A stretch of 64,000 nt of DNA from Octopus vulgaris (taxonomy: Eukaryota), in contig OX597838.1 in assembly GCA_951406725.2 (NCBI GenBank), positions 26,474,001 to 26,538,000 of the forward strand, written 5' to 3'. This document shows, piece by piece, positions 49,001 through 61,124 of the stretch. Under the pieces are notes generated by a model that was not told where the DNA came from, ran no database searches, and saw only the letters and a list, made by a program, of their open reading frames with translations. The position numbers and the translations under genes are program-made. Within the stretch, counting starts at the first letter, position 1, and every line of letters begins with the position of its first letter.

Positions 49001-52000
49001 GGAGTGCTCAGCCACTTACACGTTAATTTCACGAGCAGGCTGTTCCGTTGATTCGGATCAACCGGAACCCTCATCGTCGTAACCGACGGAGTGCTTCATA
49101 TGTCATAAGTAATCCTTTTGCATTTACATATTTAAAGATTAATCTGGTATTATCTTGTAGCTTCAAGATTTGAAAGATGTAATTGTTTATTTTTAGAATG
49201 ACATTGCAGGGTCGGTGTGAGATACTGGTTCTGGCCAGTTTGAGCATAAAATGAGTAGAATATTCAGGCCAGATATAGCCAGTTTAAACACTAAAGGGTT
49301 AAAGAAATTCCTCAGTTCATCTGTATTGTTACTGCGTTCTTTTATTATTATAGTCAAGGGTTCAATCCTATTGTGTAGCACTCTGGAGTCTTTTGCTCTA
49401 GCCCCAGGGGTTGACCAAAGCCTTGTGAGTGGGTTTGGTTGAAAGAATCCCATCACACACAAGCATGTACATGTGTACAGTTGCTCAACCTGCTACAAAT
49501 AGCAGCCAAATTGTTCTATCTTATAAAAAGATACCTTTAAAAATGTCATTTTGGATATCCGTCCGTCCGTCCGTCTGTCCGTCCGTCCGTCCATCCGTCC
49601 ATCCTCTATCCATCTATCTATCTTGCTAGCTAGCTAGCTATGCACCTGTCTGTCTGTAGCAAAGATGCTGCGTGTGAGTGACGAAACCACTTTGAGCATG
49701 ATCCTGTAAATCAAAAAAAGAGAGAGATAGCACTTTGCTCTCATGTGTTTATTCCCTCCCTGCCTAAGGTTACCATGGTCTTTCCCGTAGGCTTTTCTTT
49801 CCACGGATAAACCTAATCTTACTTTTTACATTTTTAGAACTCTTCAATATATATAGATGACCAATAGAATAAGTATTAGGCTTACAAAGAATAAGTCTTG
49901 GGGTTGATTTGTTCGACTAAATGCGGTGCTCCAGCATGGCTGCAGTCACATGATTGAAACTAATAAAAGAATAAAAGCAGGCGTGGCTGTGTGGTAAGTA
50001 GCTTGCTTCCCAACCACATGGTTCCGGGTTCAGTCCTACTTTGTGGCACCTTGGGCAGGTATCTTCTACTATAGCCTTGGGCCGACCAAAGCCTTGTGAG
50101 TGGATTTGGTAGATGGAAACTGAAAGAAGCCCATCGTATATATGTGTGTGTTCGTGTGTGTGTGTTGGTCCCCACCACCATCACTTGACAAGCAATGCTG
50201 GTGTGTTTATGTCCTAGGGTCAATTTGTTCGACTAAAGGTGATGCTCCAGCATGGCCACAGTCAAATGACTGAAACAAGTAAAAGAATAGCAATATATAG
50301 AATAAATGAAAAATATATTGGCTTTTCTCATGTTCCTTTATATTTTATTTTTTATTTTATTTTATTTTTATTTTTATTTACATTTTTTGTTCTTTATCAA
50401 AAAGACAAAGAAAGCAAAACAAGAAGAAAATGAAGAAACTATGCAGATGGATGAAACCAATTCAGAGAACTTTGGTGACAAGCATCATGTGAACTTGATG
50501 AAACAAGAGCTGGGATCGATGGCGTCAAAACTGGAGTCTTTGCAGAAGTTCTACGACGACGAGAAATCCTTAAACGATGAAGTCAAGTCTGAACTGAATG
50601 ATGTCAAGGTGAAGCTGTCCGAAGTGAAAGCTTCATACGAGGCTGAGAAATCTGTGACTCACCGGCTTCGTTATGATCTAAATGATGTGAGGAGCAGCTT
50701 GAACGAGGTGCTTGAATCATACGAGCAGTTGAACCTATCCCGGAGCGTAGTGCTTGGCGATGATCAACCTGAGGTTAATGAACAGACAATAAAGTCGTTA
50801 CTTAACGAGCTTACCCTTCCACAGCAGGACATCATCAACAGTAAGTATGTTGTTTGTGTTTTTTTTTTCTGTCATCAAGTGTGGCTGTGTGATAAGAAGG
50901 CGGCGAGCTGGCAGAAACATTAGCATGCCAGGCGAAATGCTTAGCGGTATTTCATCTGCCGTTACGTTCTGAGTTCAAATTCCCCTGAAGTTGACTTTGC
51001 CTTTCATCCTTTCGGGGTCGATAAATTAAGTACCAGTTATGCACTGGGGTCGATCTCATCGACTTAATCCCTTTGTCTGTCCTTGTTTGTCCCCTCTGTA
51101 TTTGGCCCGTTGTGGGTAGTAAAGAAATAGGTATTTCATCTGCCGTTACATTCTGAGTTCAAATTCTGCCGAAGTCGACTTTGCCTTTCATCCTTTCGGG
51201 GTCGATAAATTAAGTACCAGTTATACACTGGGGTTGATGTCATCGACTTAATCCCTTTGTCTGTCCTTGTTTGTCCCCTCTGTGTTTGGCCCGTTGTGGG
51301 TAGTAAAGAAATAGGTATTTCATCTGCCGTTACGTTCTGAGTTCAAATTCCCCTGAAGTTGACTTTGCCTTTCATCCTTTCGGGGTCGATAAATTAAGTA
51401 CCAGTTATGCACTGGGGTCGATCTCATCGACTTAATCCCTTTGTCTGTCCTTGTTTGTCCCCTCTGTGTTTGGCCCCTTGTGGGTAGTAAAGAAATAGGT
51501 ATTTCATCTGCCGTTACGTTCTGAGTTCAAATTCTGCCGAAGTCAGCTTTGCCTTTCATCCTTTCGGGGTCAATAAATTAAGTACCAGTTATGCACTGGG
51601 GTCGATGTCATCGACTTAATCCCTTTGTCTGTCCTTGTTTGTCCCCTCTGTGTTTGGCCCCTTGTGGGTAGTAAAGAAATAGGTATTTCATCTGCCATTA
51701 CGTTCTGAGTTCAAATTCCGCCGAAGTCGACTTTGCCTTTCATCCTTTCGGGGTCAATAAATTAAGTACCAGTTATGCACTGGGGTCGATCTCATCGACT
51801 TAATCCCTTTGTCTGTCCTTGTTTGTCCCCTCTGTGTTTGGCCCGTTGTGGGTAGTAAAGAAATAGGTATTTCATCTGCCGTTACGTTCTGAGTTCAAAT
51901 TCCCCTGAAGTTGACTTTGCCTTTCATCCTTTCGGGGTCGATAAATTAAGTACCAGTTATGCACTGGGGTCGATCTCATCGACTTAATCCCTTTGTCTGT

Positions 52001-53033
52001 CCTTGTTTGTCCCCTCTGTGTTTGGCCCCTTGTGGGTAGTAAAGAAATAGGTATTTCATCTGCCGTTACGTTCTGAGTTCAAATTCCCCTGAAGTTGACT
52101 TTGCCTTTCATCCTTTCGGGGTCGATAAATTAAGTACCAGTTATGCACTGGGGTCGATCTCATCGACTTAATCCCTTTGTCTGTCCTTGTTTGTCCCCTC
52201 TATGTTTAGCACCTTGTGGGCAATAAAGAAATAAGAGTGCATGGGTGCTTTATACGTGCCACCAGCACATGTGTGTTTACGCATCACTGACACGAGTGCA
52301 TTTCATGTGGCACTGACACCTGTGAAGGACAAGTCTGCATGGATGGATGATCACAATTTGTCTTACTTCAAATTTCATATGTCAGAGTAACCTCAATTCA
52401 TAATGGCAACCAGTATATGTCATCTAATTTTCAGCCAAGCCCATTTCTTATCTAAACAACAATAGCAACTTCTCTTTCACAAACAAGTTTAATAGAAGAT
52501 AAGAGAAGGGATAGGAAGAACTAGATAAATAGATAAAACGAATGAATGAATTAATGTTAAATCAGATACCAGGTATTTTTATAATCTATATTTCTCTAAT
52601 TCAATAATGTGAGAGTGTGGCTATATATATATATATATATATACTTTTTTACTCGTTTCAGTCATTTGACTGTGGCCATGCTGGAGCACCACCTTTAATC
52701 GAGCAACTCGACCCCAGGACTTATTCTTTGTAAGCCTAGTACTTATTCTATCGGTCTCTTTTGCCGAACCGCTAAGTGACGGGGACGTAAACACACAAGC
52801 ATCGGTTGTCAAGCAATGCTAGGGGGACAAACACAGACACACAAACATACACGCACACACATATACATATATACGACGGGCTTCTTTCAGTTTCCGTCTA
52901 CCAAATCCACTCACAAGGCTTTGGTTGGCCCGAGGCTATAGTAGAAGACACTTGCCCAAGGTGCCACGCAGTGGGACTGAACCCGGAACCATGTGGTTGG
53001 TAAACAAGCTACTTACCACAGAGCCACTCCTGC

Positions 53034-53116
<83 letters not shown>

Positions 53117-56100
53117 TTGTTGACACTAGTCAATCCATCTTCATTATCAGAATTGGTTCCACAATGACACTTATACAAACTACAAGTCATTCTGTCAACA
53201 TTACTGGGCAGAAATCTTATCAATGTGGATGACTCAGATATGTCAATCATATTGAACAGATAATTAATAACAATGAGTAAGAGTTTTTTTAAAATTCTAG
53301 TTCATTAAAAATAAATGCTAACAAAAAAGTATACTTAATTAAAGAAACAAAAAAATAATTGGAAAATAGTTGGGAATTCTTTAGAATTTAGTGCGAAAAA
53401 TCGATTTTTATAAAAAACAAAATAACATAGGCATAGGAGTGGCTGTGTGGTAAGTAGCTTGCTTATGAACCACATGGTTCCGGGTTCAGCCCCACTGCAT
53501 GGCGCCTTGGGCAATTGTTTTCTACTAAAGCCTCGGGCCGACCAAAGCCTTGTGAGTGGATTTGGTAGACAGAAACTGAAAAGAAGCCCATCGTATATAT
53601 GTATATGTATATATATGTGTGTGTTTGTGTATCTGTGTTTGTCCCCTCAACGTTGCTTGACAACCGATGCTGGTGTGTTTACTTAGCGGTTCGGCAAAAG
53701 AGACCCATAGAATAAGTACTAGGCTTACAAAGAATAAGATTTGCTCGACTAAAGGCGGTGCCACAGTCAAATGACTGAAACAAGTAAAAGAGTAAAGTGT
53801 ATATATTCACTGTGTGTTTATTATACTAACTACATAGTTAATATTTTACTAACTATATATTTATTATACAGGCGGCGAGCTGGCAGAAACGTTAGCACGC
53901 CGGGCGAAATGCGTAGCCGTATTTCGTCTGCCGTTATGTTCTGAGTTCAATTCCGCCGAGGTTGACTTTGCCTTTCATCCTTTCGGGGTCGATAAATTAA
54001 GCACTGGGGTCGATATAATCGACTTAATCCGTTTGTCTGTCCTTGTTTATCCCCTCTGTGTTTAGCCCCTTGTGGGTAGTAAAGAAATATATACATTTGG
54101 TGGCACGTAAAAAGCACCCACTACACTCTCTGAGTGGTTGGCATTAGGAAGGGCCTCCAGCTGTAGAAACTCTGCCAGATCAAGATTGGAGCCTGGTGCA
54201 GCCATCTGGTTCACCAGCCCACAGTCAAACCGTCCAACCCATGCTAGCATGGAAAGCGGACGTTAAACGACGACGACGATATTGTGTATATTTGTTAAAC
54301 TTACTGAATATCAATTTTATTTCTCTGCAGCCCTTCAAAAACAAGGACAAAGTTGGAAGAGAAAGTATGAAGAAACATCACTGGAACTTGTCTCAGAGCG
54401 CCAGAAACTTCAGGAAGACTTCTACACCAAAGCGGAAAATAAGAAGCTCAGAAAAGAACTGATGTCAACTGAAAAACAGCTGAAAGACGTTCAGTCTCAA
54501 CATGAAATCCATTTGATCACCATGGAAACGGAAAGGATGACGAAAGAGTTGATCGAGGAACGTAAGCGCAGTGAGGACCGTCATCTGCAAGAGGACATGT
54601 CGAGGTTACGACATCAGTTGCAGCTGGCGAAAGAAAACAGTGAAAAATATTCAAAGCTTAAAATCGAAGTGGAATTGCTGAGAGATGAGAATAATAATCT
54701 AAAGAAAAAGAAATCAGATGTTCCAGTTGATGATAAAAGTGATGATAAAGTAGATAAGGATAAAGATAAGCGGGATTGTAAATCCAGTAAAGAAGACATG
54801 GATTTAGGTGACATGTCAACGGCTAAAGGGAAGGAGGATTCGGAGGAGACATCAAAGGCAACAGTTGCTACGCAGACAGATCTTGACAACAAGGAAACCT
54901 GCGATGCGTGTGAACTGGTGAGGACCGAGAAGCAACAGTTGGCCGAAAAACTCAAAGTAAGTCAGAAAAAGATTCTTGCTTTCGAAGAAGACGTCGACGT
55001 TGCAGAAACTCCGCCATTCAGTCGAGTCGGAAGCAGTCGACAGCTGCGGCGGGAGAAGATTTTGGCAGAAACTGCCAAGATGGAAGCGGAATTTGCTCTG
55101 AAAGTTGCACAAGAGAAGATTCTCACGCTGACCAAAGACCTTGAAAAGCTACAAGAGACTAAATGCCAAGAGCTTTCTCAAAAGGTAAGATTTCTTTTTT
55201 TTTTTTTACATTTTTAATGATGAGTTTTAATCGTTAGTGATCAGAATTTGCATTTAGACTTTTTGTTTTTTGTTTAATTTGAAATTTAAAATATAATTCT
55301 GGAATCGTCATTGTGTCCTATGTTAGAGACTAATACTACTACTACCACCACCACCACCATCACTACTACTACTACTACTACTACTACCACTACTACCACC
55401 ACCATCACTACTACTACTACTACTGTTGGGTCTGTTTTTGTTCTCTCTAACTTTTTATCTAAATTCTTTGTCACCCAGGAAGTTTGGTCGGTGCCATCAA
55501 AGTCCTGCAGTTGCCAAACAAACGACATTTCTCTCATTGAAGACAAAAATGAAGAATTCAAGAAACTAAAAGATGATCTTGAAATGGAAAGAAGACGAAT
55601 TGTCACATCACAACAAGGTATGTATTTAGCAATCGTTCTCCTTCTCTTTGAAAATATGAGCCTTTGAACATTATTTACATTATTTACAATTGACGGATAT
55701 TTGTCCTCATCATGTTTGTTGTTAACACAATGTTTCGGCTGCTATACTCTCTAGCCTTCATCAAGGGTCTTGGGGAAATTTCAATCCTGGGTTCTCATTC
55801 CTAAGGTATTTTTGGATGTTATTATTATTATTCAGGATATCATCATCATTGTTTAATATCTGCTTTCCATATATATACAATAATAATAAAGGACGTTGCC
55901 GTATACATTTTTACAAACCAAGGACGTTATATAGACCTCCTTGACTAAAGTTAGAGAAGGGGTGTGTATTATACACAAGGTTTAGGTTTTTCAGAGGTAC
56001 AGCCCCCTAAAAATTCCCTGCGTATTATACTCAAGGGCGGACTATACTCGAGGATTTACGGTATATTAAATACATGACAAACAAAAAATGTATATATATA

Positions 56101-56822
56101 AAAATGTCCAACTTACACAGAGTACAAATGATATAGGAAATTAAAGGGGTGGAAGAAAGGTATTACAAATCCAACAGCTTCTTTCTCAGGGCTCGGCAAT
56201 CCATTATAATGGTTTGTAATCTTATATAGTTACTTTTCTCTGTATTTTCATCTGCTTTGGTCTCTTCTCTCCTCTGTAGATCTTCAGCAGAAGTCCTCTA
56301 TTATTGAAACCCTGAAAATGTCCCTAAAAGACCAAGATGACACCATTGTAGAGTTGGAAGATATCATGAAGAGGAAGGAATCCAAGATCAATGCTCTTGA
56401 AGAAGGTATGTAGTTCAACGTATAGCAGACTTTCCAGATAATCCTTGCTGATCCAAGAAAACAATTCTCTACTCAGCTCTACATCCACTCCCAGATTAAG
56501 ATTTAGTTTTCCAAGGTCTATTCTCAAAATCTTTGTTATTAAGTGTCACTAAATGGCAGATTCAGTAGAGCTTCACAAATGAGTTCAATGTTCTATTATA
56601 TATACACGCACATATATAATACTCTGCGGAGTGGGTGGTGTAAGGAAGGGCATCCAGCCATAAAAACCCTGCCAAAACAGACACAGTATCCTGGGATAGA
56701 CTTCTACATGGCCAGCTCCTGTCAATCCATCCAGCCCATGTCTGCATGGAAGGTGGGTGGTAAACGATGATATATATACACACACATACATGCATACATA
56801 CATACATACATATGTATGTATG

Positions 56823-56866
<44 letters not shown>

Positions 56867-56895
56867 CACACACACATACATGCATACATACATAC

Positions 56896-56943
<48 letters not shown>

Positions 56944-59900
56944 ATATGTATATATCATCATCATCATCATCGTTTAACATCCACTTTCCATGATAGCATG
57001 GGTTGGACGATTTGAATGATGACTGGCAAACCAGGCTCCAATCCGATCTGGCAGAGTTTCTACAGCTGGATGCCCTTCCTAACGCCAACCACTCCGAGAG
57101 CGTAGTGGGTGCTTTTATGTGCCACCGGCACAAGGGCTAGTCAGGCGGTACTGCCAATGGCCACGCTCAAATGGTGTTTTTTATGTGCCACCTGCACAGG
57201 AGCCAGTCCAGCAACACTGGCAACGACCTCACTTGAATGTTTTTTCATGTGCCACCGGCACAAGTGCCATATATATATAGGAGGAGCTTTCTGCCAGTTA
57301 TGACAACGAGGGTCCCAGCTGATACGATCAACAGAACAGCCTGCTCATGAAATTAAAGTGCAAGTAGTTGAGCACTCCACACCCACATGTACCCTTAACG
57401 TAGTTCTCAAGGAGAGTCAGCGTGATACAGACTGTGACAAGGTTGGCCCTTTGAAATACAGGTACTACTCATTTTTGCGAGCTGAGTGGACTGAAAGCAC
57501 CGTGAAATAAAGTGTCTTGCTCAAGGACACAACGTGCTGTTGGGAATTGAACTCGCGACCTTACAATCAAGAGCTGAATACCCTAATCACTAAGCCACTA
57601 TTTCATTTTTATATCGCTCTTTCCTTGACTATTTGGCAAAATGTCACAAAAACTACTGGAATCTCTTGTTATGAAATAAGCCCAAAAGACTTGTGATATT
57701 AATTTCAAATTTTGCGGGAGGCTGTAAGTTGATTCATTTTATTGACCCCCAAAAGGATGAAAGGCAAAGCCTACTCTGGCAGAATTTGAACTCAGAACAT
57801 ACCACTAAGTATTCCACCCAGCATGTTAACAATTTTGCCAGCTTGCTGCCATTAAAAGACTTGTAATATTCTTCTCTACTCTAGGCACAAGGCCTGACAT
57901 TTTTGGGAAGGGGGCCAGTCAATTAGATCAACCTCAGTACACAACTGGTACTTAATTTGCCGACCCCGAAAGGATGAAAGGCAAAGTTGACCTCAATGGA
58001 ATTTGAACTCAAAACATACCACTAAGCATTTCACTCAGCATGTTAACAATTCTGCCAGTTTACTACTATCAAAGTGAAGGCGCAATGGCCCAGTGGTTAG
58101 GGCAGTGGACTCGCAGTCGGAGGATCGCGGTTTCGATTCCCAGACCGGGCGTTCTGTGTGTTTATTGAGCAAAAACACCTAAAGCTCCATGAGGCTCTGG
58201 CAGGGGGTAGTGGCGACCCCTGTTGTACTCTTTTGTCACAATTTTCTCTCACTCTTTCTTCCTGTTTCTTGAGTAACACTGCGATGGACTGGCGTCCCGT
58301 CCAGCTGGGGGGAACACATATGCCTCAGGAACCGGGAAACTGGGCCCATGAGCCTGGCTAGGCTTGAAAAGGACGCATGATGAATAAAAAAAACTGCTAT
58401 CGAAAGACTTGCAATATTAGATATTGTTTCCATCCATAACTTTTGCGTGTGTTTCTGTTTTTCTAAAGAATTGCTACAAAAAGACGAAAAAGATAGAAAG
58501 AGAGTTGCTGCAACATCCGACAAATGTGAGCAATGCAGGTTATCACTTGTTGAAGGAAGCGCACCAGAAACGATGGAGTCTTCCAATGGCTCGGAGGGCA
58601 CCAGCAAAGATAGCAATCTTCAAACTGTTGTTTCACACCAAACGAAAACCATCCAAACATTGAGTCACGAGAAATCCCAAACGGAACTGACTTGCAAAAA
58701 CATGAACCTGGAAATGCAGCACATGAAGATGGCTTTGGCAGGTAAATTAAATTTATTAATTAGTGCTGCTTATTCTATAATGCCCTCGTTGGTTTCAGCC
58801 ACTGGTTTCATGCCCTGGGGCATTTGTCTCTCTCTCTCGCTCTTAATTTTGGTTTGTATTTAAAACTGTATACAGCTATGGTACGACCACACTTGGAATT
58901 CGCATCATCAGTTTGGAACCCCTATCTTGCTCAGAACATTGACCTCCCGGAATCTGTCCAGAGACGTGCAACCAAACGCATACCCTCCATCAGACATCTA
59001 CCATATTCTGAGCGCCTTGTTTCCCTGGGCATGGATTCACTGAAGCTCCGGCGTCTGGCGATGGACTTGGTAAACACCCACAAAGTTATCAACAACAACA
59101 CTGAACACCTTTTTGATCTCCATGTGTCTAACACACGTGGACATGCCTACAAAGTCAGAAAACAACACAGCACCCATGACTTTCGGAAACATTTTTTCAC
59201 GCTCAGAGTTGCTGAAGCATTGAATAAACTGCCTGCGTCAGTTGTTGACTGCCATGACACTGCATCCTTTAAGACCCTCATGCTTTCCGAAATCCGCCGA
59301 AACTACACCTGATTATATATACACTTTAGATGAGTTGTAGTGCACCTGAGCACTGTACACAATGTTTTATTATTATTTATAAGTTACCCATTTGCTTTAT
59401 GTTTCTTTGTGGATAAAGGTGTGGCTGTGTGGTAAGAAACTTGGTTCCAAAACACATGGTCCTGGGTTCAGTACCACTGTGTGGTGACTTTGCATGTGTC
59501 TCCTGCTATAGCCTCAGACCAACCAAGGCCTTGTGAGTGGATTTTGTAGACAAAGTTACCCGTTTGCTTTATGTTTCTTTGTGGGTAAAGGAATGAGAAT
59601 AGAGGCCTTCTCCTCTGGTGAAGATTCAACGAAGTATGAAATATGTTGGGACAATATAAATATTGTGTGTGTGTGTGTGTGTATGTATATATTATATATA
59701 TGTGTGTATATGTATATATGTATGTATATATATATATATGTGTCAGTATGTGAGTATGTATATGTTATAAACCCAAACTGGAATGTCTAAGTTTAAAAGG
59801 TTTTAACTAAAAATACAGCAATCTACAACACAAATAAAGATTGTTAAATTGTAAGCAAAACTAAACTTATATATATATATATATATAACCTTTTAAACTT

Positions 59901-61068
59901 TTAGACTTAGACATTCCAGTTTGGGTTTATAACAAGTAGAAAACATTTGCTGAAGGTACCATGCGTGGAACTGAATCTGGAATCACGAAGGACTAAATTT
60001 GGAATCATGGAAGTAAAATTCTTACCACACAACCACTCCTGTGCCTATAATGTGTGTACATGTTTTGCACCTAATTTTCTGCTATTAATAAAACTGGAGC
60101 ATGTGACAATAATTCTCATTATGTGACATGCTAACGAGTCTCCAGCAGAGGGTGGTGGCGATCCCTGCTGTACTCTTTCACCACAACTTTCTCTCACTCT
60201 TTCTTCCTGTTTCTGTTGTACCTGTATTCATTTATATATATGGAGGCGCAATGGCCTAGTAGTTAGGGCAGCGGACTCGCGGTTGCAGGATCGCGGTTTC
60301 GATTCCCAGACCGGGCGTTGTGAGTGTTTATTGAGCGAAAACACCTAAAAGCTCCACGAGGCTCCGGCAGGGGGTGGTGATCCCTGCTGTACTCTGTCAC
60401 CGCTCTTTCTCCCAGTCTTTCTTCTGTTGGCCTGCTCGTTTAGCCAGCGGGGTGGCGTCATTTGAAGGCTAAAACAATGCGAACGCATTGTGACCAGCGT
60501 TGTGTAACAACATCTGATGGTCTGGTCGGTCCCGTGATCCCGTGATATATATATATATATATATAAATATGTATGTGTGTGTATATGTCTGTATGTATGT
60601 GTGTATATATGTGTATGTATATGTGTGTTTTATATATATATATATGTATGTATATGTGTTTGTATATGTATATATGTGTGTGTCTGTGTATGTATAGAAA
60701 ATAAATTTCTAAGAATTTGAAGCATGAAACTTGTTTTTAAAGAAATCTTTTGTTTCTCCTTGCTTTAGTGATGGAATGTGAAAGAGATTCACTGCGAAAG
60801 CGGCTGGAGATGGTTTCCGGAAAATCAGTGCAAAGTCCAACCACAAACACACAGGGAGCTGCTACAAAATCTCACCAAAGTCCCATGGTGAGTGCCCATT
60901 CAGCTGCTGGGAAATCTTTCCAAAGTCCTGTAATGAAATCCTCAATCACTTCTGCAAAGTCTCAGCCAAGTCCTTCAAGGCTGATGCCACCACCACCATC
61001 ATCATCATCATCATCTTCAGAGGTAATATTATTCTTCCATTCCTCATTTAATCCAACATTGCAATTAC

Positions 61069-61124
<56 letters not shown>

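Noticed and set aside
50946-52236. Hammerhead ribozyme in the 184-bp unit (classical retrozyme)
   Set aside because: No CUGANGA...GAAA core found by eye on either strand; the nearest are cagatgaaa and ctgagtt. Other ribozyme classes were not excluded.
56562-57133. YI/TH/VC-rich ORFs (also 52925-53250 and poly-Thr at 55311-55430)
   Set aside because: Microsatellite (TA, CA, TACA, ACT) translations.
58824-59312. 162-aa ORF as a host exon or active reverse transcriptase
   Set aside because: Only the C-terminal end of a LINE ORF2, lacking the catalytic core; host exons 22 and 23 join in phase without it.
60242-60315. tRNA gene (also ~48730, ~58078 and family A heads)
   Set aside because: tRNA-like A/B boxes run directly into SINE bodies, with no clean acceptor stem or terminator.
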